From: Octopus vulgaris
Lineage: Eukaryota
NCBI GenBank assembly: GCA_951406725.2
Contig: OX597832.1
Span: forward strand, 59,086,001-59,150,000
Reading direction: 5' to 3'
DNA: 64,000 bases
Shown here: piece after piece, positions 45,175-59,211 of the stretch
Layout of the letters: each line of letters opens with the position of its first letter
How positions within the stretch are numbered: the stretch's first letter is position 1
The notes under the pieces: model-generated
The model's input: the letters and a program-made list of their open reading frames with translations, nothing else
Told to the model about the DNA's origin: nothing
The model's database searches: none
Position numbers and translations under genes: made by a program

Positions 45175-45480
45175 TACACCATCGGTTACGAAAACGAAGT
45201 TTCTGGTTAACCCGAGCAACAAAACAGCCTGCTGGTGAAATTGAAGTGCAAGTGGCCGTGCACTCCACAGACACGCGTACCCTTAATGCAGTTCTCAGAG
45301 AGATTCAGCATGAAAAGGCTGGCTCTTTGAAATACAGTTGCTACTTATTTTGTCAGCTGAGTGAACTAGAGCAACATGAAATAAAATGTTTTGCTCAAGG
45401 AAACAATGCACGGCCGGGAATCGAACTGATGACCTTACGATCGTAATCCAAATCCGCTAGCCACTAAGCTACGCGCCTTC
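45175..45480 (-). mobile_element. SINE family C variant (different body, same tail as 17924)
   Basis: Body CCTTGAGCAAAACATTTTATTTC..CACTCAGCTGACAAAA; similar copies at 9625-9915 and 26990-27270. Confidence 0.75.
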
Positions 45481-46117
45481 ATCATTCAAATGAACGTGAA
45501 TGCAGAACACCAATTGCAAAGTCTCAGCCATTTTAACCAAACACAAATTCGTATCTTAGATTCGAAACCCTGATAGCTTGTTCCTTGCTCATAACATATG
45601 CCCTCTATCATCTGAGCTTTAACTTAAAACAAGTTTCACGGATTCAAATAGACATAATAATAAATTACGTCATACGATGCTCGGCGACTGGTGAAAAGCT
45701 GTAATTAATGTCCCTGTTAGTTATAGTTCACTACACAACATAGGATGAACTTCTAGTCTGTAGATGTTTGAGCGTTTATATTGTATGAACAACGATCTAA
45801 TTAGCTGACGTATTTCGATAGAATAGAAAATATTGCTGCACTCTATTCACTATTTTCAGTAAGAAAGATCGGCACACTTTAGATTCATTCTATAAACGTG
45901 GATGTGTGCTTTATCCACTTTCTCATATGATAGCGGTCATATGCTTTATGAATTTCGTCTATGACGATATTATACTGCTTCATAATTGTGTAAATGATCT
46001 ATGCATTCTACTCGATGTAAACTCGTGCTCTGTCAAAGCAAATCCTATTACTTTTTACTTGTTATTTTCCTCTACTCATTTATTTCTTAGTGTTTTTGTA
46101 TGTTTCTTCATTTATTA

Positions 46118-46201
<84 letters not shown>

Positions 46202-46472
46202 TTTCTTGTTTTAACGGCAATTAAGGGAAAACGTAGAAGACAGATAGCTTAATGGCCAGACAACCGAACTTCCGGTGCTAATATCGAAATATTATCATTT
46301 TTCATCACAGACATTATACAATGATGAAAGTCTCAGGCGTAGATGTGTTGTAAGAAATAAAGCTGGCTTCCCCACCACATGGTTCCGGGTTCAGTCCGAC
46401 TGCGTGGTACCTTGGGCAGGTGTCTTCTATAGCCTTGTCTGTGTGTGTAGGTGTGGGTGTGCGTACGTGTAC

Positions 46473-46510
<38 letters not shown>

Positions 46511-47532
46511 CATATATATTCGACGGGCTTCTTTCAGATTCCGGCTGTCGAAGTGGCTCACGAGCCTTTGGTCGGCCCGAGGCTTTGGGTGTCTGACACT
46601 TGCCCAGTGTGTCACAGAGTGGGACTGAACCCGGAACCATGTCTTGGAAACAAAATACTCATCATACGGGCGTACACACACACACTCATAGATATATAGA
46701 TGTATAGGTGTATGTATATATGTGTGTATGCTTAAGTAAGCAGGAATATGTACATATATTGCATACATTCATACATACACACACACATATATATTGGTGT
46801 ACACATACACATATGCACACACACATACGCACACACACACAAACACACACACACTGATAGATATAAAGATGGATAAGTGTGTATATATATATGTGTGTGT
46901 GTGTGTTTACGTATGCCGGAATACGTATATATATATATATATATATATATATTGCATACATTTATACATACACACATACACTCATATATTGGTGTACACA
47001 TGCACATATGCACACACACACACTCACACACACACACTCTCTCTCTCTCACACACACACACACTCACACTGTTATTTATTGATAGCGTTGATTATAAAGA
47101 ATCTTAGAGAACATCCAACTATTTGATGTTGGAATATATTTTTATTTCATTGAAGTTAATGTGGTTTCCCGATACACGATGTCTGCAAAACAAAACAAAC
47201 AAACGATCAAACAAATCATAAATAAACAAATTAATAAATAAATAAAGGAAAACTTATGCTAGGTCACTAACTTCTAATCTTCTCATAGATCTCCTCCACT
47301 AGCCACAGCCTAGGGCTAAACAACAACAGTGGCAACTAAAGGAATGACTTAAGTTGCCGGCATCATCATCTGACGAGCATTCTAGAAGAAATACCAAACA
47401 CTGGCTTCTTTTATTTGTCTTCGTTCATACATTTATTGTCATGCGTATTACACTGTATGCGCTACGGCCAAGCTGCAGCAATAAGGGCAATGTTTTTAAT
47501 CAATTAAATTAACATAGAGCACTATATATATG

Positions 47533-47601
<69 letters not shown>

Positions 47602-47666
47602 GGGGGGAGGTGTTAACTCTTGTCTCTAGCAGGTAGACTTATTCGTGCACCCTTATGATATATATA

Positions 47667-47875
47667 AAGTTAATCCAAACATGAAAGCACAAAAAAACAC
47701 AACAACGCGAGGACGTGGAACAAATATAGTATTATTGGACGCTCAGGAGAGAAGGAAAGAAGGAGGGTATAACGTTTCGAGCGGAGCTCTTCGTCGGAAA
47801 CATAGGAGAAAGAAAGATCCAGAGAAGGGAAGACAGAGGGAAAAAAATCGCCAACGGCACACACGAGGTCACAGA
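47667..47875 (-). mobile_element. Penelope-type pLTR fragment (P1) with hammerhead motif
   Basis: CCGACGA-A-GAGC[UCC]GCUC-GAAAC-GUU at 47797-47771. Confidence 0.65.
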
Positions 47876-47962
47876 TAGATAAATAGATAAGTAGACAGAC
47901 TGACAGACAGACAGACACATAGATAGACAGTTAGTTAGATAGATAGATAGATAGATAGATAG

Positions 47963-48048
<86 letters not shown>

Positions 48049-49254
48049 TGCTGTAGCAACTTTACAACCGAAGAGATAAGTAACTCATTTCAAAATCACA
48101 AGTTCCGGTTTCAAACTGAGAACACGGTGTGCTGGGAACCTGTCTTTACGATCAAAGTTCTGTGAGTAAAATTTGTTTAACGGGAATTTTAGTAGCAAGT
48201 TAGTGGACGGACTGTACTTGTAAAATAAAAGTCCGGCGTCAGATCAACATGGCGAACGCTCACCCCCTTCTATGTCAATTCAATTACAGTTGCTCAAACA
48301 GCTCTGTGCAATTCTGACCGCGGTACAATTCATAATTTGTGTTCTCCTTAGTTTTTGTCAATCACTGTGAATCGAACGGCCTATAAATATAAGGGGCGTA
48401 ACTCGGATGTATATATCTGTGAGAGTGTGTGTATATGTGTGTGTGTATGTATCTATATCTGTGTATCCCTTTCATATTAAGTATCGGAAAAAAGAGCACT
48501 CAATACAATGGTAGAGAGTAATGATATTTTATATCGGTCGAGTTATCTTTTTACTATTCTGGAATATACATACACCTTACCTTAAACGAATGCCTTAGTT
48601 GCTAGTGTGGCTACGACTATTTTTCGCTCATATTTTTCCTGAAATTAAAATGCACTAGCTGTACTCTTTTTCGTGCGACATAAGGAATCAGGAAGACAGG
48701 CTCCTAAGCGCAGACGCAAATACCATTGCACTTGTTTTGCAGCGATTGAGGAAAATTAGTTGAATGAGTGGATAAACGGATCGTATTGGTAGAAAAAAAA
48801 AGGATAAAAATAATAAAAGCGTATTGACAATAATACAAATATTTGTTATCACACGAGTTGTTTACCAATAACTAAACTCGTTTAGTGCTTGTTTCACAAA
48901 ACAACACACTCGTGCACACGAGCACTAACACGCGCAGACACGTTAAATACACGCAATCACACTTAAACGAACACAGCCCTCCACTCAGGTGTACATATGA
49001 AGATATGCCCCACATCCTTTTCTACACGTAACTGCACACTCTAGAGGCACATGCAAATATGCGCATGCTCAAAGCCATACACTGACATCCAGAAGGAACT
49101 GCTTATACATAGACACTAATTCGCATACGCCTAAACACACACACATACACACACATATGCATTCAGATATATACACATGCGCACATACTGTATTTCATAG
49201 CATCTCATATACACAAACTAACGCATAAGAAAATATCTCATATACTCACATTCA

Positions 49255-50065
49255 TAAATCACACACACACGTACATACAAGTACTGACACATGCACACGC
49301 ACAAACACATTCACACGCTCACATACGCATGCACACATACATACACCCACGCACACACACGCAGGTTCAGACGCACGCACACACACTTGCAGACACACAC
49401 ACACACTTGCACACATACACACACACGCACACACGCACACACGCACATGCACTCACACACACGTGCACGCACGCACATACAAACACACACACGCACACAC
49501 ACTTGCACACACAAACACACACACACACACACAAACGCACACGCACTCACAACACGCGCATGCACACACATACAAACACACACACGCGCACGCACACAAA
49601 CACAGCTCTTCCACACAAGTAATCGCACAATACACACACCTTTCTACACACGTAAAAACACACACACACACACATGCATGCACGCAAATTCACACGTTTG
49701 CACAGATAGCGAATCATACACACACATTCACACACGTGCGTTCGCACACACAAACACACACTCACACACATACACATACGCACACACCAATATACACGCA
49801 TGCACAACCATGCACGCTCAAACAGAAATACCAGTGGACAGAATTTACACCGAAAACACAAACACAGGTGTTGACAACAATTTCATTTACACACCTGTTT
49901 GTGGTATTTTAATTGAGTCTCCTGCTGAGACAAAAGCAGGTGCTTGCTGTCTATATTCGGCTAAATATTGTAATGCACGCAAACACGTCTACTACCGATT
50001 GCTATTCTTCTTCTTCTTCGTCTGATTATTATCATCATCACCATCATTATTATTATTGTTATTAC

Positions 50066-50108
<43 letters not shown>

Positions 50109-50160
50109 GTTATTCTTGTTGTTGTTGTTGTTGTTGTTGTTGCTGTTATCATCATCATCA

Positions 50161-50239
<79 letters not shown>

Positions 50240-50606
50240 TGCTGCCGTTGTTATGGTCGTTATAGTGTTCTATTTAAAAATTCTTCTTGTTAATGATATT
50301 AATGGTAATGGTGATGACAATAGATGTGATAACGATGATGATGATGACGATGGCGATAATGATGATGATGATGATGATGATGATGACGACGATGATGATG
50401 ATAACGATGATGATGACGACGATGATGATGATAATGATGATGGTGATGACGATTATTGTCTTTGGTGGTGTTATTGTTGTTACTATATTCAACATTACTA
50501 CTACTACTACTACTACTACTACTAGTAGTAGTAGTATTTGGTGATGGTTGTTATTGTTGTAGCGGCAACGTTGACGGTGTCGTTGTTGTTTTTGTTGATG
50601 TTGTTG

Positions 50607-50638
<32 letters not shown>

Positions 50639-50662
50639 GGTGGTGGTTTTGGTGGTGGTGGA
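49255..50662. repeat. Degenerate (CA)n field followed by (ATT)/(GAT)/(ACT)/(GTT)/(GGT) arrays
   Basis: Read directly. Confidence 0.9.
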
Positions 50663-51074
50663 TAGTATTTCCATAATTCAAAATTAGCGATATATTCTTC
50701 CAATTCACTTCACTGATAGTAACATTGGTTCCTGGAGGTGTGGCATTCACTGGAGGGCCTTCTAGATATTATCTTCCACAAATGTTGTCAGAGAGAGTCC
50801 ACCAGAAATATATATCTGATAAGGAAAGTATGTCACGTTCTTATATATTGAATTGTAAAATTCATTCGTTTCTTTCCAATGCCATTTTGAAGAAATAACA
50901 GGAAAAATATTTTATCTTTGTGTTTTATGTATTTTTTTATTGACTCCATTCTTGTTCTTCGCATTTTGATTATCGTTTTTGAAATTTGGACAAATATAAA
51001 CTCGTCTCAGGTATATGTCGATAAAAACTGAACAGCAAAAAAAAAAAGATAAATAAATAAAAGAATGCTTTGAG

Positions 51075-51322
51075 GAACATTATTTACTTTGTTTACATTG
51101 CACGGATTTTGTTTGTTGTTACCACAGCGTTTCGGCTGGTTTACTCTCCAGCCTTCGTCAGGTGCTCTGTTAGAATTTTGAACCGAAACTTGAGTTCTCA
51201 TTCCTAAAGTATTTTTTTGCTGATGTTGTTTTTCTTATTAATATTATTATTATTGATATTATTGTTTATATATTCAAAGCACTGCCTGAAATTGAACTCG
51301 GAATCTTAGGGTTAGTATCCTA
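51075..51322 (-). mobile_element. tRNA-headed hammerhead element, copy 2 (head truncated)
   Basis: Colinear with 11744-12016: ..TACTAACCCTAAGATTCCGAGTTCAATTTCAGGCAGTG, (AAT)-rich spacer, TTAGGAATGAGAAC, hammerhead, AACAACAAACAA tail. Confidence 0.7.
51123..51164 (-). ncRNA. Minimal hammerhead motif (cleavage triplet mutated to GCU)
   Basis: CAC-CUGACGA-A-GGCUGG[AGAGUAAA]CCAGCC-GAAAC-GCU-GUG. Confidence 0.7.
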
Positions 51323-51822
51323 ATGACTAAAAGAGAGTCTCTCGGAAGCGTGAATGATTAGTGATTTCAAGTTGAGTCTAACATTTCGGTCCCTTAGTCT
51401 CACAGTTCAAAGACTTTAATAACTCTATTCGTCTTGTTTGCCGAGCCACTATGTTGCTGAGACGTAAATGAAAGAACACCGGTTGTTAAACACTAGTTGG
51501 GACAAACACTAGCCTCACAGTTCAAAGAATTAAATAACATTATTTCTTTTTTTTTTTGCGGTTTCTTGCAATAAATTGAAGAATTTTTTAAATAATCTTT
51601 TTCTCGATTCAATGTTTGGACTGCGGTCATGCCAGGACATCGCCCTGAAATGTTTACGTGAACAAATCGGCTCCAGGGATTATTATTTTAATTCTGGTGC
51701 TTACTTTATCGATTCCTTTTTGCCGAACTACTAAATTCCGGAGATATATACAAACCAACAACGGTTGTCAGCGGCGTTGGAGAACAAACACGAAAACACA
51801 CACACACACACACATATATATT

Positions 51823-52016
51823 TCTTTATTGCCCACAAGGGGCTAAACATAGAGGGGACAAACAAAGACAGACAAAGGGATTAAGTCGATTACATCGACC
51901 CCAGTGCGTAACCGGTACTTTATTTATCGACCCCGGAAGGATGAAAAGCAAAGTTGACCTCGGCGGAATTTGAACGCAGAACGTAACGGCAGACGTTTTT
52001 GCCAGCTCGCCGCCTT
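51823..52016 (-). mobile_element. SINE family B with alternative tail (B2)
   Basis: The core is followed by TTAATCCCTTTGTCTGTC..TTTAGCCCCTTGTGGGCAATAAAGAAATA, as at 2193-2270 and 30985-31068. Confidence 0.8.
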
Positions 52017-52476
52017 CAACACACACACATATATACACACAGAACCATAAATACACACACATGCACAATTATATACGTATACGACAGGCTTCTTTTAGTT
52101 TCCGTCTACAAAATCCACTCACAAGGCTTTGGTCGACGCAAGGTTATAGAAGAAGAGTCATGTTTAAGTTGCAAATCAGTGGGACTTGAACCTAACTCCG
52201 TGCGGTTGGGAAGCAAACTTCTTACCAGGCAGCCACTGGCAGGAGGCCACAGATATATTAAGGATGCATATGGTCTATTTCAAATATCGCGTATACGTCT
52301 GGTGTCTTTTTATTTAATTATTGATTCTGGGAAAATGAATACGAAATCTATTCCAATGGGATTTTCAAAACCATAATTTCGAAGCAGTGAACTAAATACT
52401 TGCGACGCGTTCTCGTTTCAGAGACCGCTGCGTCTGCCCCCTCCAGGCGCTCTAATAATAATAATCATCATCATAA

Positions 52477-52520
<44 letters not shown>

Positions 52521-53087
52521 GTTATTATTATTATTATTATTATTGTTATTATTATTATTGTTATTGTTATTATTATTCTCGTTTGCTAATTTGACATTTC
52601 AATATATTGTTATACATAAATATATAATGTATAAATATCATTATACATAAATTTAGCGAATTGAATAAGATTATCGAAAGTGAAGCGAGAACAAGTGGGA
52701 ATGTAGTTATTACTCGTAGGAATTGCAGTATGCTCTCCACAGTTTCCTGGTAAAATAAACACACTATGCTTCATAATTAAACATTAATGCATTCGGATGA
52801 GTGTGTCAACATATTCTGGCGTACAATTCGCAAATATTAAAACTCAAGGTTACGGTTTAGGTTTTCAATTATGATAATTAGCTCGCAAAATTCAATTTTT
52901 TTCCCCAATGCTATGTAGCTGGAAATTCATAATACGCAATAGGAGATCTAGAAGTCAGGCAGTTGCCTGTTAAAAGACAAGTTCAGTCATTCCTACACTT
53001 GCAGTTTATTAAGGTTAAAAAGGGGACATTACTTGGTCTAGACTTCAGGTCTATGAAGAAGTACGGTAATATTTCAATGATCATAAG

Positions 53088-53520
53088 TCGACGAACTGGC
53101 AGAATCGTTAACAAGCCGGGCGAAATGCTTAGCCATATTTCATCTGTCCTTACGTTCTGCGTTCAAATTCCGCCGAGGTCGACTTTGCTTTTCATCCTTT
53201 CGGGGTCGATAAAACAAGTACCAGTTGAGTACTAGGGTCGATGCAATCGACTATCTCTCTCTCCCAAATTTCAGGTCTTGTGCCTAGAGTAGAAAGAATT
53301 ATTTTAAGGTTGCAAGTTGGCAGAAACATTAGCGCACCGGGCGAAATGCTTAGCGGTATTTCGTCTGTCTTTACGTTCTAAGTTCAAATCCCTCCGAGGT
53401 CGACTTTGCCTTTCGTCCTTTCAGGGTAGATAAATTAAGTACCAGTTGTGTACTGGGGTCGATCTGATCGAATGGCCCCTCCCCCAAAATTTCGGGCCTT
53501 GTGCCTTGAGAAAAGAATAT
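53088..53520 (+). mobile_element. Two tandem full-length SINE family B copies
   Basis: 53088-53300 and 53307-53520, each with head, core and tail. Confidence 0.85.
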
Positions 53521-53853
53521 CTCATTGATCATAACAGTTATTAAACGCATCATATCTTTTACTATCCGTCATCTTTTGCTTGTTTAACTCATGGGACATT
53601 GCCCATGCTGGGGCGGGTTAGTGGAAAAAAGCAACAGTAGTACTTATTTTTTAAATCTGGTTCTTTGTCTATTCGTCTTGTTTGCCCAGCTACTAAGTTG
53701 CTGAGACGTAAATAAAAGAATACCGTTGTCAATCATTAGTTGGGACAAACACTAACAAGAAATCACACAATAATAATAATGTTTGTGTGTGCGTTTACGT
53801 GCGTGCGTGTGTGTGTGTATGTGTTTGTGTGTGTATGTATGTATGTATGTATG

Positions 53854-53887
<34 letters not shown>

Positions 53888-53934
53888 GTTGTGCGTGAAT
53901 GGAACAGTGCAGTGACATTCAGTTAAGGTGGTTG

Positions 53935-54700
53935 TATAACTCCCGATGCCAAAGTTTGGTGCTAGACCACCCGAACATCACCCATTCTTACATCACTGCA
54001 ATCCTTATACGTCTTCGCTCCAAGGAGTAGAATCCTAACACTTTCAGTCTCTCCCAGTCTGTTCCATTCATACAATCATCCCGATGTAGCACCACAGAAC
54101 TGCCTCAAGTTCCGCTATTAATTTGACACTGTGTTGTGACCACAATTGAGAGCAGTAATGCAAGCGACAGACTACAAATGCCCGCCATAGAACCAGCATA
54201 GTTTACCGGTCCTTTGCGCTGAAGGTTCTCAGGGTATATCTGGGCATTTGCCTGCACACTGAGTGATATGAACGTGAAACGAGGCGTCGCTGCTCAGATC
54301 AATCCCCAGATGTCGCTCTGTACTTGATTCTCGGATCGCCGTTACTTTTGATCTAAAGTATTTTTGTTGGGGTATGTAAGCTCTAGCTAGCGGGCTACGT
54401 AGAGTTTTGAATTTACTTGCATTAACTTCCATGTTGTTTTTCTTCGGTACATTTATATAGGTCTTTCCCAGGAAGAATAGCACCGGAAGGTTTACTGACT
54501 GCTTGTAATACATTTGTGTCGTCGATATAGGTAGTAAGTGTGGCTATCTGTCTGACTCAAGGCAAGTCCAAAAAGGCCACTTCTATCAACAGGGGCCCCA
54601 ACACAGTCCCCCGAAGCACTCTCTGTTTTTGTCTCTTTGGTCAGGGCACCATTGGCTGCCACTGGCTGGCTTCTGTCTTTTAGGAAGTCATGTAACCACT
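53935..54700 (-). mobile_element. Degraded CR1-group LINE reverse-transcriptase region
   Basis: The minus strand gives GVLRGTVLGPLL (GVPQG.VLGP), TYIDDT (YADD), ERHLGIDLSSD and WERLKVLGFYSLERRR, with many disruptions. Confidence 0.75.
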
Positions 54701-54743
54701 CTCGCGGTTTTCCAAGTATGCGCTTTTCCAGAATCAGTCTATC

Positions 54744-54776
<33 letters not shown>

Positions 54777-54791
54777 GTATATATATATATA

Positions 54792-54986
54792 CTTTATTTA
54801 AAGCAGCAGAAATTTCAACAAAATCTGTTACTCTGATTCTAGCAAAAGCTGTCTGATGAACGGCAACGAGAAACTCAGAGTATCAGATTTTGTTGAATTT
54901 TCTGCTGCTTTAAATAAAGCATATTACTCTACCACTGGTATTTGAGTACTCTTTTTTCCACCTTGTTTCACATTTATGTGTTTACT

Positions 54987-54990
<4 letters not shown>
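54792..54990 (+). repeat. Fold-back element with hammerhead motif, in (TA)n
   Basis: Arms 54792-54836 and 54875-54919 differ by 2 mismatches. Motif at 54849-54886: CUGU-CUGAUGA-ACG[GCAA]CGA-GAAACUC[A]GAGUA-UCAG. Confidence 0.8.
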
Positions 54991-55049
<59 letters not shown>

Positions 55050-55163
55050 CATATATATATATGTATGTGTGTGTATATATATATGTGTGTGTGTGTATAT
55101 ATATACATACATATATATATATATAATATATATATATATATGTATGTATATATATATACATAC

Positions 55164-55251
<88 letters not shown>

Positions 55252-55765
55252 ATAAGTATAAGTTAGAGGTGTTTAAACCCTCTAAAAGATAGATATATAC
55301 AAAAGGTACTCCTGGTAATTACCTAAGTAAGTATAGTCCTTGGTATAAGGTATACGGCAGCAGATAATTTGACTGGTAAACAGTAGTTTAGTTTATATAG
55401 ATGATAAGAAAACGGAGGGAAAATAACAATAAATGTGTCTTTTGTGCTAGGCATCCATTGTTTAATTAGTTAAGAAAGGTAAGAGTAAGAGCGACTTTAC
55501 GTTCGTTTCTGTGTACCAAGCTGAGAAAAATATATATTTATATTTGTGCCTCGTGGCCAATGGTAGACATAATCAGAACGAAGTCAGAGAGCTTTCTAGC
55601 GCAAAAGACACACTTCTTATTGCTATTTTCCCTCCATTTTCTTGTCGTATATATGTGTGTGTGTATTAGAGAACAAATTTTACAGTGGATTTTAGGTATT
55701 TGAAAGATATTTCTAGCGTTGGCGTTGGTCATATCTAGTAGCGCTTAACTATAGTTATATCTTTA

Positions 55766-55817
<52 letters not shown>

Positions 55818-55819
<2 letters not shown>

Positions 55820-56180
55820 CGTAGGAGTGGCTGTGTGGTAAGTAGCCTGCTTACGAACCACATGGTTCCGAATTCTGTCCCACTGCGTGGCACCTTGGGT
55901 CAGTGGATTTGTTAGACGGAATCTGAAAGAAGCCCGTCGTATATATATACATATATGTGTGTGTGTGTGTGTTTGTGTGTCTGTGTTTGTCCCCCCAGCA
56001 TCGCTTGACAATCAATGTTGTTTACGTCCCCGTAATCTAGCTGTTCGGCAAAAGAGACCGATAGAATAAGTACTAGGCTTACAAAGAATAAGTCTTGGGG
56101 TCAATTTGCTCAACTAAAGGCGGTGCTCCAGCATGGCCACATTCACATGACTGAAATAAGTAAAAGAGTAAAAGAGTAAA
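55818..56180 (+). mobile_element. SINE family A copy, near full length
   Basis: Runs from head GGCGTAGGAGTGGCTGTGTGGTAAG to tail (TAAAAGAG)n, with an internal deletion. Confidence 0.85.
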
Positions 56181-56210
56181 GAGAGAGTGAGAGAGTATAT
56201 ATATATATAT

Positions 56211-56250
<40 letters not shown>

Positions 56251-56726
56251 GGAGAGAGAGAGAGAGTGAGAGTCTCTCTGTTTGTTACAAACGTTGCAAA
56301 CAGCAACTTATAAATTTCCGAAGCTACTCTCATCAGTTATCTTCATTGACACAGAAACCCTTATACAGAGCCCAGGTACCAAATAGTGCTACCGGTTTCA
56401 ACAGCATTATCATGCTTCTTTATAATTTCAACTACAAAGCTACGTTTCATTCCTGATCCGAATTGATGGTTTCTAATCTACAACGAAGCGCAGTGGGTTT
56501 CGAGAGGAAATGGTTAATAAATAGCGTCCTTTTCAGCACATGACTGGTACAATGTTTTTTCACCCCTGGAGGGATAAAAGGCTATGCTAACCCCGGCCAG
56601 ATGTTTGCTCATTAGTGATACGTACACCTTCAAATTTTTCGATGTTATTTACGTAGCCTAGTAGTTCGTCAAAAGAGAAGGATACCATATGTACTACACT
56701 TGTTAAAAAAACGCACAAACACACAA

Positions 56727-56854
<128 letters not shown>

Positions 56855-57864
56855 ACGACGGGCGTCTTTCGGTTTCTGCCCACTAAATCTACTATAGTAG
56901 AAGTCACTTGCCCAAGGTGCTACGCGGTGCGACTGAACCCGGAACCATGTGGTTGAGAAGCTAGCTTCTTACAATACACCCATGCCTGTTGCTAATACGT
57001 GTATTTCTATGTGTATGTATGTATATATGTATGTATGTATTTATGAATATATGTATGTATGCATATAAGCTCCTACGTACGTATGTATGTATGCATGCAG
57101 GCGCGTGTGCATGTACGTATCTATGTTTGTATGCATGTATACATGCATTTATGTATGTATGTGTGTATACGTGTGTGTGTCTATATATGCAAAACTTGAA
57201 CTGGGCCTCTTAAGTTATCTAACAAAAGATATGCCGTGACGTAGGCCTTATCTCAAAAGTAATTTATCATCACGTGATACTACTTAACACATTTCATTGG
57301 TCTACATTCGCCCACTTTCTGAACTCAATCCCTCTATCTAAAAAACACTCACGTATACACGTACATATCCATAATATTTGTTCAAACTGTTATTTCGAAA
57401 CCTTCTTAGACCGTAAAATTATTTGATCGAGTTCCACTGTTTAGTTTTACGCATAGGTTGTCAACGTTTACCTTGGGAAGTTGCTGTTGAGGTGTGGGAA
57501 ACAAATACGGAAAAACCTTGGAATGCTCTTTCAAATTGTGTTAGACATGGGGAAAATTTCTCATTTATAATACATTAGAATGAGTAAGCAGAAGACGGGG
57601 GAAATGTGAGATTTACATAAACTTACATGCAACCGGATGTTGAATATATATATACATGCAAATAAGATATAGTTAGATGTATACACTCACATAAATGCGT
57701 TTACATGTGACTGTTGAAAAAAAATGTTTACACGAACTGGTATTTAGATAACCGTCCGCATATTTTCATTCAGCTAGTCATGAAAAGGGGTCTCACTCAG
57801 ACCCCCCCCACACACACACTCACACACGCAGACAAAAAAACATGTGTGTATTCTTTTATTCTTT

Positions 57865-58706
57865 TATTCTTTTATTCGATTCAGTCATTTGACTGCGGTC
57901 ATGCTGGTGCCCCGCTTTCTAGTCGAACAAATCGACCCCTCTTTTGCCGTGGACGTAAATACACCAACATCTGTTGTCAAGCGATGGGGGGAAGATAAAC
58001 ATACATACACACACACATATACACATTCATATGTATATATATATACATATACCACGGGCTTCTTTTAGTTTCCGTCTACTAAATCCTCTCACAAGGCTAT
58101 GGTCGGCCCGAGGCTATAGTAGAAGACACTTGCGCAAGGTGTCCTGCAATGGGACTGAACCTGGAACCATGAAATACACACACACACACACCCACACACA
58201 CACACATATAGGCAATGGCCTAGTGGTTAGGGCAGCGGACTCGCGGTCGTAGGATCGCGGTTTCGATTCCTAGACCGGGCGTTGTGAGTGTTTATTGAGC
58301 TAAAACACCTAAAAGCTCCACGAGGCTCCGGCAGGTGGGGGTGGTGATCCCTGCTGTACTCTTTCACCACAACTTTCTCTCACTCTTTCTTCTATTGGCC
58401 TGCTCGCTTAGCCAGCGGGGTGGCGTCATTTGAAGGCTAAAACAATGCGAACGCATTGTGACCAGCGATGTGTAACTACATCTGATAGCCTGGTCGGTCA
58501 CGGTGATCACGGTGATATATATATATACATATATATAACGGGAATCTTTGCTTCTTTCAGTTACCGTCTACCAGATCCATTCAGAAGGCATTGGTCGGCC
58601 AGAGGCTACAGTAGAAGACACTTGGCCAAGATGCCAGGCTGCGGGGCTGAACTCAGAACCATGTGGTTGGTAAGCAATCTACTTACCACACAACCACTCC
58701 TGCGGC
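57865..58706. mobile_element. SINE cluster: family A (-) 57865-58172, family C (+) 58211-58515, family A (-) 58538-58706
   Basis: Homology to other copies. The C copy has A box TGGCCTAGTGG and B box GGTTTCGATTCC. Confidence 0.8.
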
Positions 58707-59211
58707 AATATATATATATATATATGGCTCGGAATTTGGACTCAGGACGTTAGAATGGATGGAATGCCACCAAGGAATTTTTCCGGTATACTAATGATTC
58801 TGCCAGCTCGCCGCCTGTATATGATATCAATAGAGAAATAAATATCAGTTTAATCAAGGCACCAGTACAGTGAATTGTATTCATTTTACTGAAAATGAAT
58901 GTCATAGCAGGATTTGAACTCTACACCCAAAGAATCCATGGTGTTATATAAAACTTTGTACTACGATTCTACTTCATATAAAACCTACAGAACAGGCAAC
59001 CAACAGCCTTCCAGGGTCTGATCGTCTTAAGAAACAGGCCGACTACAGAGAATTACAATGATATTTGTTGTCTTATTTGAGTGCAGTATAATTCTGTGAA
59101 TGTAGCGTTCCATCCAGGAGGAGATCTGCTTCACTAATTTCCCTTGAAGGACAATGGCGTTGGTATGAGGATGGGAGTATTAAACATAAGAATTCAAGTA
59201 TTCAAGGCAAA

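Noticed and set aside
47370-47395. CTGACGA..GAAA as another hammerhead
   Set aside because: No convincing stem I, stem II or cleavage triplet.
48095-48400. Promoter-like motifs (TTCCGG, CAACATGGCG, TATAAAT)
   Set aside because: Short motifs expected by chance, and the ATG frame closes after 22 codons.
49856-49905. Pre-miRNA-like hairpin CACAAACACAGGTGT..ACACCTGTTTGTG
   Set aside because: The stem is only about 13 bp and lies in CA-rich sequence; this is insufficient without small-RNA data.
58211-58285. tRNA genes at SINE heads (also 18240-18305 and 11945-12016)
   Set aside because: A/B boxes are present, but there is no complete acceptor stem and the heads continue into SINE bodies.
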